In this document: positions 28,896-38,254 of the stretch, piece by piece
How the letters are laid out: each line of letters opens with the position of its first letter
How positions within the stretch are numbered: the first letter of the stretch is position 1
The notes under the pieces: model-generated
Told to the model about the DNA's origin: nothing
The model's database searches: none
What the model saw: the letters and a program-made list of their open reading frames with translations, nothing else
NCBI GenBank assembly: GCA_043797665.1
Contig: JAZDPL010000033.1
Coordinates: 1-38,254, forward strand
Length of the DNA stretch: 38,254 nt
Origin: Candidatus Omnitrophota bacterium
GTDB taxonomy: Bacteria; Ratteibacteria; UBA8468; MWAK01
Direction: 5' to 3'
Translations under genes and position numbers: made by a program

Positions 28896-29040
28896 ACACG
28901 GGTTCCCTTACCGCTGAATCGGCAAGGGATGTGAAGTATCTAAGGGAGAGATCCTTCGTTACACTCAGGACGACAGACTGCGTCGGATTCTTCGGTTTTG
29001 CCTCAGAATACGGGTACCCTATCCCTTGAATGGGATAGGG
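28886..29040. repeat. REP-like family C cluster with two 31-nt hairpin units (28898-28928, 29010-29040)
   Basis: GTCATCCTGAAC...GAGATCCTTCG...CTCAGGACGAC plus a second right half GATTCTTCGGTTTTGCCTCAGAAT. Confidence 0.8.
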
Positions 29041-29049
29041 CGTCTTTTT

Positions 29050-29586
29050 ATGTTTAAACTCTTCCGGACCTTTTTTAAGATCGGTATCTTTACCATCGGC
29101 GGTGGATATGCCATGCTTCCCTTAATCCGGGAAACCGTGGTAAAAAAAGAAGGCTGGCTCTCGGAAGAGCGCTTCCTGGAATTACTGACCGTTGCCCAGG
29201 GTGCACCCGGTGTAATGGCGATAAACCTCTCTATCCTGGTCGGCTTGGAATTAGCCGGTTTAAAAGGGGCTCTGGTCGCCATGTCCGGGACCATCCTTCC
29301 TTCCTTCGTCTCCATCATCCTGGTAGCCTCCATCTTAACCCGTTTTTTTGCCAAACCTTATATCCACGCATTCTTCCAGGGCGCTATTCCCGCAGTAGCC
29401 GGAATTATCGCGGGCACGGTCTGGCATTTGGGTAAGGAGGGAATAAAATCCACTCCTTCTTTCCTTTCCGCTCTTTTGATTTTAATCTTGTTAATCTTCC
29501 TGAAAATAAACCCTATTTTAGTTATTCTAACGAGTTTGGTAATAGCCGCAGTCTTTGGTCTTGCATTCCTAATACAAACGCATTAA
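29050..29586 (+). CDS. chrA: Short-chain chromate transporter, subunit 1
   Basis: 'FFKIGIFTIGGGYAM', 'AQGAPG'; start at ATG 29050. Confidence 0.88.
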   Translation: MFKLFRTFFKIGIFTIGGGYAMLPLIRETVVKKEGWLSEERFLELLTVAQGAPGVMAINLSILVGLELAGLKGALVAMSGTILPSFVSIILVASILTRFFAKPYIHAFFQGAIPAVAGIIAGTVWHLGKEGIKSTPSFLSALLILILLIFLKINPILVILTSLVIAAVFGLAFLIQTH

Positions 29587-29596
29587 ATAATTTGAC

Positions 29597-29673
29597 GTAG
29601 GGGTCGGATCCCTGTTTACTACACACAGGGACAGGTTTATCCGACCCGCGGGCTTGATAAATCAAGCCCCTAC
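29597..29673. repeat. Family A REP doublet with a 27-nt hairpin insert
   Basis: Reverse complement of the 10465 copy plus CCCTGTTTACTACACACAGGGACAGGT in one loop. Confidence 0.8.
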
Positions 29674-29690
29674 ATTCGCTGATTAACGAT

Positions 29691-30215
29691 ATGGTTTACT
29701 GGTTGATATTTATCACTTTCTTTAAAATAGGGCTTTTTTCCTTCGGCGGTGGGTACGCTACCCTGCCCTTGATTGAAAGGGACCTGGTTCTCAACCGGGC
29801 CTGGCTTACCGCGGAAGAGTTCAGCCGGCTGGTCTCCCTTTCCCAGATGGTACCCGGGACCATCGGTGTCAACAGTGCCACTTTTGCCGGATACACAACC
29901 GCCGGATTCTGGGGTTCCCTGGTTGCCACGATAAGTTTGTGTCTGCCTTCTCTTCTAATCATCTTCGCGCTTTACCAGTTATTAAAAAGATTTACGGAGA
30001 AGAAGACAGAATTTACCCGGGCGGTATTTCGCTATATGCGGCCGGTGGTGGTGGCTCTGGTAGCGGTAGCGGTCTATTCGGTAGGAAAGGGCGGTTTTAC
30101 CAACCTCGGCTCCTGGCTCATCTGCCTCATCTCTTTTGCTCTGGTCCTCTTCAGCGAAGGCAGCATCATTCCCATCATCCTCACCTTCGGCCTGGTCGGC
30201 ATACTACTCTATTAA
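29691..30215 (+). CDS. chrA: Short-chain chromate transporter, subunit 2
   Basis: 'FFKIGLFSFGGGY', 'SQMVPG', 'NSATFAGY'. Confidence 0.88.
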   Translation: MVYWLIFITFFKIGLFSFGGGYATLPLIERDLVLNRAWLTAEEFSRLVSLSQMVPGTIGVNSATFAGYTTAGFWGSLVATISLCLPSLLIIFALYQLLKRFTEKKTEFTRAVFRYMRPVVVALVAVAVYSVGKGGFTNLGSWLICLISFALVLFSEGSIIPIILTFGLVGILLY

Positions 30216-30319
30216 TATTTCTTCTGCTTTGTTCCCTCATTCAGAATAGCGTTCTGTCAATTTATCGTAGGGCTGGTATTGTTACAAACATTATATCACG
30301 TTATGGTATACTTTACCGG

Positions 30320-31534
30320 ATGGCAAATAAAAGATGCCTGGTGGTAAGAAACTGCCGGGTTATTCACGCTCCGGAAAAGTCTACGGACCTTTTGATAGAA
30401 GATGGTAAGATAGCCCGGATCGGGAAGGTCAAATCCTGGCCGAAAGAATATGAAATTATAGACGCCCGGAATAAAATTATCGCACCTGGCTTTATTGACG
30501 TCCACATTCAGGGAGGTGGCGGCGCATCCATTCTGGATGGTACTAAGGAAGCGCTCCAGACCATCTCCCGGACCTGCGCTAAATTTGGAACAACCGGTTT
30601 TCTGGCTACCTCGGTCTTCTATCCCGGCAAAGAAAACAGGCATCTTAAAATAACCGCGGAAAATGTCGGCTGCGATTTAGGAGGAGCGAACCTTTTGGGA
30701 ATACATTTGGAAGGACCGTTCATCTCCGCGGAAAAGAAGGGCGGTATCCTGTTAAACTCCATAACTAAACCTTCCCTGAAGGTGCTGAAAAAAATATCGG
30801 ATATCTGTCAGAGAAGACTGAGGATGATGACCATCGCTCCGGAATTACCGGGTAATTCAGAGATAATCGGCCGGCTGGTTAATTCCGGGGTATCTGCCTC
30901 TTTTGGCCATGCTAACGCTTCTTACGAAGAAACCCTGAAAGGGATTGACGCCGGCATTACTCACGTTACCCACTTCTTCAACGCTATGCTGCCCATCCAC
31001 CACCGCTTCCCGGGTCCCATCCCGGCTATCCTGGAAAGGAGCCTTGTCACCTGCCAGGTCATCACTGACGGCGTCCATATCCACCCCGGCATCATAAACC
31101 TTTTTTTCAAACTGCTCGGACCGGACCGCTTCGCCACCATCACGGACGGTTTGACTTCGTTGGGACTTTCTGACGGCAGATACTCTTATGACGGCGTTGA
31201 GTACGTATCTAAAAACGGAACCGGAAGGCGGGATAACGGAACCCTGGTGGGAACCACCCTGGGACTGAACCAGGCACTCTATAGGCTGATGAAGTTTACC
31301 GGATGTGACCTCCAGTCTGCGGTAAAAACAGTAACGGAAACCCCGGCGCGTACTTTGGGTTTAGAGAAAAAGAAAGGCCGGGTTGAATCCGGCAAGGATG
31401 CAGATTTAGTTATCCTGAATGCTGACTGCTCGGTCTATTCCACGATTGTCGGTGGGAAAGTAGTTAAGGGAGGCGGGAGCCGGGCCGGATGCGACCCCAG
31501 ACCTCGTAACGCTGGAAAGCCTCCGCGTATTTGA
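30320..31534 (+). CDS. nagA: N-acetylglucosamine-6-phosphate deacetylase
   Basis: 'PGFIDVHIQG', 'HLEGPF', 'TIAPE', 'THFFNAM', 'DGVH', 'GKDADLV'; start moved to ATG 30320. Confidence 0.9.
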   Translation: MANKRCLVVRNCRVIHAPEKSTDLLIEDGKIARIGKVKSWPKEYEIIDARNKIIAPGFIDVHIQGGGGASILDGTKEALQTISRTCAKFGTTGFLATSVFYPGKENRHLKITAENVGCDLGGANLLGIHLEGPFISAEKKGGILLNSITKPSLKVLKKISDICQRRLRMMTIAPELPGNSEIIGRLVNSGVSASFGHANASYEETLKGIDAGITHVTHFFNAMLPIHHRFPGPIPAILERSLVTCQVITDGVHIHPGIINLFFKLLGPDRFATITDGLTSLGLSDGRYSYDGVEYVSKNGTGRRDNGTLVGTTLGLNQALYRLMKFTGCDLQSAVKTVTETPARTLGLEKKKGRVESGKDADLVILNADCSVYSTIVGGKVVKGGGSRAGCDPRPRNAGKPPRI

Positions 31535-32168
31535 CACCGCACTGGATGCCCCGGAAGGCGCTGTGCTGTTTCATAAATTCCACGTAGTCTATCTTATCGT
31601 GTTCTAAAAGCCATTTGTACTGGCTCTGGTGGCACAAGAGCGCCTTTCCCTTCTCTTCTATAAAGTCAGAGATATCCACGTAATCGGTGGGCTGGAACCT
31701 GACCGCAGCCAGCGCATCCATAAAGTAGATGGGGGGAATTATTCTGGTATGCGGCTGTCCGGTCCGGTAGTTGGGCAGAGAAGCGACAAAAGAGGCGTCT
31801 ATTACCAATCTTCCCGCCGTGGAGTGGTCGCACATATAGTCGTCCGGACAGTGGGTAATGATTAGTTCCGGCTGGGCCTTACGGATAAGTTCCACCACCT
31901 TTTTCCGGCTGGCGCTGTCGGAATAGATTTCCAAATCAGGAAAGAGCCCGACGTCAACGAGAGTGACTCCCTCAGACCTGGCTGCCTCATCTGCCTCTTT
32001 CCGGCGAATTTCGGCTAATTCTTCCGGGCCAATCTCGTAGTGACCCTTGTCTCCGTTGCATAAAACTGCAGTAGAGACTTCGTCTCCCCGGCGCCGGCAC
32101 TTAAGGAGCGTTCCCGCGCAGAGAAACTCTATATCATCCGGATGTGCACCCACCGCCAAAATCTTCAT
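31464..32168 (-). CDS. PIG-L/LmbE family deacetylase
   Basis: 'AVGAHPDD', 'DH', 'HQSQ', 'YAEAF'; GGAGG RBS. Confidence 0.9.
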   Translation of the reverse strand: MKILAVGAHPDDIEFLCAGTLLKCRRRGDEVSTAVLCNGDKGHYEIGPEELAEIRRKEADEAARSEGVTLVDVGLFPDLEIYSDSASRKKVVELIRKAQPELIITHCPDDYMCDHSTAGRLVIDASFVASLPNYRTGQPHTRIIPPIYFMDALAAVRFQPTDYVDISDFIEEKGKALLCHQSQYKWLLEHDKIDYVEFMKQHSAFRGIQCGVKYAEAFQRYEVWGRIRPGSRLP

Positions 32169-32191
32169 TAATTACCTCCAAATTTTGCCTT

Positions 32192-32288
32192 GTCATTCCC
32201 GCGGATGGTAAGCGGGAATCTATGGGATCCCTGCCTAATGCATGCAGGGACGACGTCTGGATTCCCGTTAAATACATACGGGAATGAC
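32192..32288. repeat. REP-like family B, three units
   Basis: GTCATTCCCGC..GCGGGAATC, GGATCCCTGC..GCAGGGACGAC, GGATTCCCGT..ACGGGAATGAC. Confidence 0.8.
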
Positions 32289-32297
32289 GGTTACCCG

Positions 32298-33248
32298 TCA
32301 ATTGCATTCCGCAATCAACGGACCGGCTAATTCTTTCCGGAAGAAAATTTTGCCGGGTAAGGTGGGCATAAAACTGCTGGGAACCCACTTATCCGGACCG
32401 TATCGGAGCGTAACCCAGAGACTCATTCCCTGCCACATCATTCCCCGGTCTAAACTTCCGTCACAGCCGCCGATAATCTTATCCGCCTTTAAGAATATCC
32501 CCGGTCCGATGGTATTGGCAAAGCAGGGCACTAAGGTCGTCCGGCTTTTGAAACTGGTAATGGCATTCTGTTCAATGGTCAAAGGATGGAGTTTGGCGCC
32601 CAGGCGGTGGGTTGGCTTCTTCCACTCCGCTACGCTGGAAAACTCTGCGGCGAAGTGCGGCTCCCAGAAAGCGATGTGGAAAACCCGGCCGATACCGAAA
32701 ATTACCTCTAATTTCGCCCCTTCTTTTCTTAATTTCTCAATCTTCTCCGGATAAGCAGGAAGTAATTTTTTGGTGGCGAAGTTGCGCTGGTTCTCCGGCA
32801 CCGTCAATCTTCCTAACGGACCATAAAAGGCGGATTCCATCGCATTCTGAAATGCAGCCGGGTTTGTTGGCGGCAGGGTATTTCCTTTCCTATCGCTCCA
32901 TTCGTCCATGTTAAACCCGTAGACGTGTTTGCAGTCTACTCCCCACTCCTTCAAAAAATAGACCGCCCATTTGTACATACCCATCGGTCCGACCGGCAGG
33001 ATAAGAATCAGTTTCCGCTTTTCGTCCTTTGTCCGGCAAATCTCCAAGGCAATCTCATGACCCATTTTGACGTCAAATTCCTCTAACGTTTCACAGGGTA
33101 CCGGAGAAAAATTTTTATGCCACCACGTCTGCCGGGTAAGGATTGTTTCCGGTTTATTACCGCAGCAGCGGTCAATCTTCTTCAAATCCCAGCCCGCGGG
33201 AAAGAAATCTTCCAGCAAAGACCCCTTTATGGTTGCTAACAAATCCAT
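32298..33248 (-). CDS. Glucosamine-6-phosphate isomerase/deaminase-like (NagB fold) protein
   Basis: 'ILPVGP', 'FNMDEW', '[13 protein letters not shown]', 'TIG'. Confidence 0.75.
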   Translation of the reverse strand: MDLLATIKGSLLEDFFPAGWDLKKIDRCCGNKPETILTRQTWWHKNFSPVPCETLEEFDVKMGHEIALEICRTKDEKRKLILILPVGPMGMYKWAVYFLKEWGVDCKHVYGFNMDEWSDRKGNTLPPTNPAAFQNAMESAFYGPLGRLTVPENQRNFATKKLLPAYPEKIEKLRKEGAKLEVIFGIGRVFHIAFWEPHFAAEFSSVAEWKKPTHRLGAKLHPLTIEQNAITSFKSRTTLVPCFANTIGPGIFLKADKIIGGCDGSLDRGMMWQGMSLWVTLRYGPDKWVPSSFMPTLPGKIFFRKELAGPLIAECN

Positions 33249-33269
33249 CTCTCCTCCTTTTGATTCGGG

Positions 33270-33551
33270 TTAATAAGCATCCTGGCGGTTGTCTGCGGAT
33301 ATCATAAAGACAGTTTTTTCGTAGTCGTCAATAGTATAAAAAAACCTATAATTCCCTATTCTGTATCGCCAGGTATCAGGCTTGTAATTCACCATCTTCT
33401 TTATGTTCTTGCCAAAAAAGGGATTTTGTCTCAATTGGGAATAGACATGGACGGTAAGTTTCTTCTTTATCCTTTCCTGTTGTCCGCTAAAGTCTTGTTC
33501 GAGGTCTGTCAAGAATTGGTTTGTCTCAAAGATTCTAAAATTATCCTGCAA
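33270..33551 (-). CDS. RelE/ParE family toxin
   Basis: 'NIKKM....TWRYRIGNYRFFYTID....VFMISADNRQDAY'; probable TTG start overlapping the antitoxin. Confidence 0.88.
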   Translation of the reverse strand: MQDNFRIFETNQFLTDLEQDFSGQQERIKKKLTVHVYSQLRQNPFFGKNIKKMVNYKPDTWRYRIGNYRFFYTIDDYEKTVFMISADNRQDAY

Positions 33552-33783
33552 ACGTACCCCTTCTTTCTTTAGCGTCATTATGGCCAGCAGCAAGTTTTGC
33601 TAATAAACGTTTATCTGTTCTAATCTGCGCCATTTCAACAGGGTCTACATAATAGGATTCTTCTATTTCTTTCAGGACCATCGTGGTGATAAAGTTAGAA
33701 ATAGGACGATGCTCAATTTCTGCGGAGGTTGATATCTTTGTGTATTCTTCATTTGACAACCGGATTGTTACTACTTTAGACAT
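33541..33783 (-). CDS. Ribbon-helix-helix antitoxin
   Basis: 'MSKVVTIRLSNEEY...RPISNFI' RHH pattern, upstream of the RelE gene. Confidence 0.8.
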   Translation of the reverse strand: MSKVVTIRLSNEEYTKISTSAEIEHRPISNFITTMVLKEIEESYYVDPVEMAQIRTDKRLLAKLAAGHNDAKERRGTFAG

Positions 33784-33864
33784 TTTAATTCCCCCTTATT
33801 CTCTTGTATTCAATTATATTCCCCACCACCATTTTTTGTCAAGGAACGGTATGAAATAAATTTC

Positions 33865-34941
33865 TCAAAGCCATATCTTTTCTCCGCCTCTCTGAATCGA
33901 AATCTCGGCATTTTCACCTATTCTTACCGCCTCTCGGCCTACCCAGCCATCTGCAAAAGGCTTTTTGTCCTTCAGGATACAATCAATAAATTCCCGGTCT
34001 TCCTCCTGAACTGGAAAATGTTTCCCTTTTTCTTGAGCAATCTCCAGTTTCTCCTTACCGTTTTTAGTTCCGTAGAGAAAAAGCCCTTTTTCATTGGTGA
34101 TAATCCGTTTTCCCATTTCGGTAACTATACCCACCTGACATCCATCTTTTTCGTGTCCATTCCAGGCGATAAAAAGACAGAGGGCCAAATTTGCCTTGAT
34201 GCCATTATGGTATTCAATATTGACAAAAGCGTGGTCGATAATGGTACTGTCAGAAACAGCGAACTCTTCGGTTGGTGGACAGTAGACATGATAGGGTATA
34301 CCGTTTTTAATGACATTTTGGCCGCCGACAGCTATTAAAGATTTGGGCGGACCAGCTGCCCACCAGTTAAAAAGGTCAAAGAAATGGCAACATTTTTCCA
34401 CCAGCGTCCCACCAGATAATTCCTGGCTGTAGCGCCAAGCATGCGGAAAGTTTGGTCGGTATTCGTACGTCCAGAAAAGAGAAGGTTTCCCAATTTCTTT
34501 CTTATTTAAAAGTTCAGCAATTTTCCGGTAATGCGGTGTATAACGATAGATAAAACCGACCTGCAGAACAAGTTTTTTCTTTTCCGCCAGATTTAAAATC
34601 TCATCGCATTCGGGGGTATTGCAGGCCAGGGGTTTTTCCATAAAAAGATGCCGGCCGTTCTTCAGAACAGCGACTCCCACTTCCCGATGGAGAAAATTAG
34701 GAAGTGCCACTAAAACCGCATCTATTTGGGAATTTTTAAGGAGATCCCGATAATCAATATATTCTTCTGGCTGGCATCCTTTTACTAACTCCTTTAACTT
34801 GGTTCGTTTTTCAGTTGATTGGTCACAGACTGCGGTAATTTCAGCCTCCTTGATTTCATTCAATGCCAAAACATGAACTTTTGCCATATCTCCGCAGCCG
34901 ATGATACCCAATCTTAGCCCTTTTTTCATTATCTCTACCAT
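33865..34941 (-). CDS. Gfo/Idh/MocA family oxidoreductase
   Basis: 'GIIGCG', 'MEKPLA', 'GGTLVEKCCHFFD'. Confidence 0.9.
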   Translation of the reverse strand: MVEIMKKGLRLGIIGCGDMAKVHVLALNEIKEAEITAVCDQSTEKRTKLKELVKGCQPEEYIDYRDLLKNSQIDAVLVALPNFLHREVGVAVLKNGRHLFMEKPLACNTPECDEILNLAEKKKLVLQVGFIYRYTPHYRKIAELLNKKEIGKPSLFWTYEYRPNFPHAWRYSQELSGGTLVEKCCHFFDLFNWWAAGPPKSLIAVGGQNVIKNGIPYHVYCPPTEEFAVSDSTIIDHAFVNIEYHNGIKANLALCLFIAWNGHEKDGCQVGIVTEMGKRIITNEKGLFLYGTKNGKEKLEIAQEKGKHFPVQEEDREFIDCILKDKKPFADGWVGREAVRIGENAEISIQRGGEKIWL

Positions 34942-35654
34942 ACTGCTGGCTGAGAAAACTCAATCTGTTTGTTTAGAATACGCACTTCGTCAATGACCAT
35001 CCGGGCGGGATTGGAAAGCCAAGCAGTTGAACCAAGATAAAATTTGTCTGGCACTTTTTCAATTCCCCCATCAAATTTCTGAGTAGCTGCCAACTTTCCA
35101 TCAACATAGATAAATGTCCCATTACCCCAAGTAAATGCAAGATGGTGCCATTCGCCCATTTTCCAGTTCATGACTACTGCCTGGGGATAAGCGCTGACTT
35201 GTTTTCCTTCATTCAAGCGACTTAGCGCCATAGCGATGGTGCCGTTACCGGCATTGTAGTAGATGTAAAACGACTCCTCGTCTTTACCGGTAAAGAGGTG
35301 AAACAACCAAGGATGAGGTTCTTCTGGAAACTTAATATCTTTCAGGCCAATAGTTGGCTTGACCCACATTTCAATTGTTCCCTGGGTTAAATTGATATTA
35401 TTCGCGGTCGGGAAAGCGATAAAATCCCCTTTTTTTTCGCAAAGGAGTCCATTCCCGAACTTACCCGGTACACACTTTACTTCATTTCCAAACTCACCAC
35501 CTAATCTTTTTATCTCATCCAGAGAATTGAAGTGACAGAGAAAAAGCGTATTTCCATCTTTCTGGCACTCTTTTTCAAGAGTTTGGGCGTTACTAAATAT
35601 GCCGAAACCCAATAAACCGATTAAACTCAATATTACTAATTTGTACTTACTCAT
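34935..35654 (-). CDS. Secreted LamG/concanavalin-like domain protein
   Basis: Signal peptide, 'GKFGNG', 'GTIEMWVKP', 'WHHLAFTW', 'YVDG', 'IDEVRI'. Confidence 0.85.
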   Translation of the reverse strand: MSKYKLVILSLIGLLGFGIFSNAQTLEKECQKDGNTLFLCHFNSLDEIKRLGGEFGNEVKCVPGKFGNGLLCEKKGDFIAFPTANNINLTQGTIEMWVKPTIGLKDIKFPEEPHPWLFHLFTGKDEESFYIYYNAGNGTIAMALSRLNEGKQVSAYPQAVVMNWKMGEWHHLAFTWGNGTFIYVDGKLAATQKFDGGIEKVPDKFYLGSTAWLSNPARMVIDEVRILNKQIEFSQPAVW

Positions 35655-38065
35655 TTTTTCTTTCCTCCTTTCGGAATTACATAAATATGTACCTCATAAG
35701 GTTCAAAAAAATCAGTCATAATTTCTCCTTTCATTTCTACGTTCCGGTATTCGTAAAAAACAGAAATAGTGGTACTGTCAGAGATGCTACTCGGTTTTTT
35801 TAGATTAAAACTAACCTCTTTTTTTATCTTGTCGGTGTTGGCTGTAATTAAGTAGTAGACATCCCTGCCTTCTTTCAAAATTAGTTCTACCCCTTCCCCG
35901 GTCTCTGCCTGAAAATATGGTGGCGGATTGGGAGCACAGATAGCCAGGTATAATTGGCTGATTTCACTGTTCAAACGTTTGAAGGCACCCTGAAGTTCTG
36001 CGGCCTCTGATGTATGCAGTCCGAAACCGGTACCCGCCTTTTCCAAACCTGGTTCCCGATATGAATACCAATCTATCCCCTTGGCGCCATTAATTATAGC
36101 CAGGTAGGCCACCAGTCGCAATTCAATCGGAGTCGGGAGGCGGTAACAGGGAAGCCATTGGAAACAAGGCCCCACATAGATAACTGTTTTTTGCCAGTTT
36201 GTCCGTTTTGCCGCCTGGACACACATCTTTACCGCTTCAGAAACAGCACTTACGGGATAAGAATCAAACGGATAGATATCCGGTGCAATTATGTCCCGGG
36301 TAGTAGCAGCAGAATCCATTATCGAATCTGGATAACCAAAAAAATTGGGTAGAGTGCAGTACTGAAGGTGATTAGGGTCCAAGTCTTTAACAAATTGGTA
36401 ACCCAATCTTAGGGTTGGGTAATAATCGATGGCCGGTTCATCTAAAAGGTGATAAAAAAGTAGGGCAGGATGGTTCTTAATGCTCACCACCTTGGCTTTG
36501 ACATTTTCTTTTTTGCCCAACGTGTTTCCGTACCCAACATCGGGAAGGCCCACGTTGGCTAATAATCCATTGGATTTGAGTACTTCAAGTTGGGTCCTGA
36601 TCTGTTCCGGTTCAGCCCAGCCAGCCATCACTGTGTTGAACCCAAGGTAGGCAACCTGAGGGTAATCTTCGAAGATGGGTCCGTCGTACATACTTATCGG
36701 GAAAAACGGTTCTCCATTGACCAAGATGGTACCTTCCTTACCAATACTCATTTTGTTGACCGCCACCCTGGGCCAGATTGCTTTCGGCACAACACCAAAA
36801 TTATAGACCGCCTTTTTCCCCACGCCTGACTCCGGAAATATTGCCACCACAAGAGTATATTCTCCCGGTCTCTTTAACCCTTTATCATGGAGAGTTACTT
36901 CTTTGATTCCAGAACTGACTCCACCCAACTTCTTCTCAAAAACCACCTGTTGTTTTTGGTCGGTGACCTTCAGGGTTAACTCACCGGCAATCTTGCTGTC
37001 AACGGTAATCCTTATCTCCTCTTCCGGATAATAATAGGTCTGGTCTGTCTTTACAGTTAAGTCCTTTTTAACCAAGACAGAAAAAGGAACCGAATTATAA
37101 TAGAGGGTGCCATCTTCTTGGTTGGATATTGAAAACTGTACGGAAAAGTTTTCGTCCTCAGTGCCTACCGGTACGGAAAGGTCCAGGGTAACCGGCTTAT
37201 CTTTGAGGGCCATAATGGGCTTCACCAATAATATCTTCTCGGCTGGAGATATCTTCTTTATCATCGTATCTAACCGTTTTGTTTCCGCTGAATTCGTGAG
37301 GTTTAACCTCAGACTCAATCTCTCCCCGGCTGCCTGATATTCCCAGGCAAGGTCGGAAACACCCGGAGATGTTTTTCCTAATATCAGCGCAACCTTCTTT
37401 TCCAGATTCCGGAACTGACCGGCCGGGAGAAAAGCTGAATTTTCCTCAACTGTTCTCCTTGCCCGGCAAAAGTTCCCTGCCAACACAAGCCCTTCCTGTA
37501 CTTTTATCAGTCCGAGGTCCTTCCAAAGGATAGAGATTTCTAAGTTCCATCTATCTTCTCCAATGCTCCCGGCTGCTTTCCAGGTTGAATCCCAGGAAGG
37601 TTCGGCCTTCTGCGGGTAGGAAATCTTTTCGTCATACTCACTGCCAGAAGCATTGGCGATAAAATGGTACGCAACCGGTTCTGGGCCAGGGCTGGGAATT
37701 AAGAGAAAGTCAGCAGAATCATCTGCCCACACTTCTCCGTCATGAGGCTTCTCACTTGTCTTGAGGTTTTTGATTTTCGGCTCAATACATTCATAAAAGA
37801 TATACAGATTGTCATTATCATACATTAAATGAATAACCGTTGGCGCAGAAGGGATTAAACCATTACATAAATAAAAATTGTTGTATGTGGCAGCAGTTTT
37901 CCAGATATCATCTAATTTGCCGTCAATAACTGGTGGAATAGATGTATAATTGACCGAAATAACCGGTATATTATTCGGAATTCCTATACCAACGAAGACA
38001 ACCAAGAGAAAAAAAAGAAATAAACATATCACTTCCCATTTTCCAACTAGTTTAATTCTTGTCAT
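35651..38065 (-). CDS. Secreted CBM9-like domain + putative glycoside hydrolase barrel protein
   Basis: 'PPVIDGKLDD', 'YDNDNLY', 'GNFCR' (CBM9-like); 'NGEPFFP', 'GFNTV', 'LDEP', 'DIYP' in the C-half; start at 38065 or 38086. Confidence 0.7.
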   Translation of the reverse strand: MTRIKLVGKWEVICLFLFFLLVVFVGIGIPNNIPVISVNYTSIPPVIDGKLDDIWKTAATYNNFYLCNGLIPSAPTVIHLMYDNDNLYIFYECIEPKIKNLKTSEKPHDGEVWADDSADFLLIPSPGPEPVAYHFIANASGSEYDEKISYPQKAEPSWDSTWKAAGSIGEDRWNLEISILWKDLGLIKVQEGLVLAGNFCRARRTVEENSAFLPAGQFRNLEKKVALILGKTSPGVSDLAWEYQAAGERLSLRLNLTNSAETKRLDTMIKKISPAEKILLVKPIMALKDKPVTLDLSVPVGTEDENFSVQFSISNQEDGTLYYNSVPFSVLVKKDLTVKTDQTYYYPEEEIRITVDSKIAGELTLKVTDQKQQVVFEKKLGGVSSGIKEVTLHDKGLKRPGEYTLVVAIFPESGVGKKAVYNFGVVPKAIWPRVAVNKMSIGKEGTILVNGEPFFPISMYDGPIFEDYPQVAYLGFNTVMAGWAEPEQIRTQLEVLKSNGLLANVGLPDVGYGNTLGKKENVKAKVVSIKNHPALLFYHLLDEPAIDYYPTLRLGYQFVKDLDPNHLQYCTLPNFFGYPDSIMDSAATTRDIIAPDIYPFDSYPVSAVSEAVKMCVQAAKRTNWQKTVIYVGPCFQWLPCYRLPTPIELRLVAYLAIINGAKGIDWYSYREPGLEKAGTGFGLHTSEAAELQGAFKRLNSEISQLYLAICAPNPPPYFQAETGEGVELILKEGRDVYYLITANTDKIKKEVSFNLKKPSSISDSTTISVFYEYRNVEMKGEIMTDFFEPYEVHIYVIPKGGKKK

Positions 38066-38254
38066 CTTTTTCCTCCGATTTCTCATTTTGATTTTCCCAA
38101 ATTTCTTTTTATAACCTGAAAAAAGCGTGAAAAATGATACCTAAAATCAGAAAACCGCGAAAACATTGGGAATTCCAGAGTCTCATTTCTACAATTTCCA
38201 GCAAATGGACAAAAAATCATAGAGATTTCACCTTTAAAAAATATTAATACAAGC

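Noticed and set aside
29939..30319. Long N-terminal extension of NagA
   Set aside because: Out-of-frame overlap with the chromate transporter; NagA homology starts at 30320

Overview
Bacterial chromosomal window, probably from an uncultured anaerobe; the taxon cannot be assigned from sequence alone. It carries two toxin-antitoxin pairs (hicB-hicA and a RHH-antitoxin/RelE pair), a HEAT-TPR-SEC-C protein and a decayed island scar (DUF1016 fragment plus a tRNA-Leu fragment). Carbohydrate and amino-sugar genes include ThuA-Gfo, Gfo, GH20, ceramidase-like, amidohydrolase, DegT, nagA, PIG-L, NagB-like, LamG and CBM9 proteins. Housekeeping genes include rsfS, a Ca/Na antiporter, miaA, an archaeal-type thyA and trxA. 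There is also an ECF sigma/anti-sigma cluster and a split chromate transporter. Four points stand out. (1) Directly behind tRNA-Pro(TGG) sits a translationally coupled four-gene candidate defence operon: MORC-like GHKL ATPase, DUF1016-N-like small protein, a permuted DNA methyltransferase with a degenerate internal duplicate, and a DpnII-family endonuclease. (2) The 5' end of that tRNA is duplicated 203 bp upstream, around a highly structured insert. (3) There is a dense, nested set of non-autonomous repeats with no transposase in the window: three REP-like families, two 303-bp MITEs, and a 31-nt covarying hairpin seen only in or against other repeats. (4) One REP doublet is translated in frame inside the antiporter. 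All protein calls come from motif recognition by eye, not database searches.
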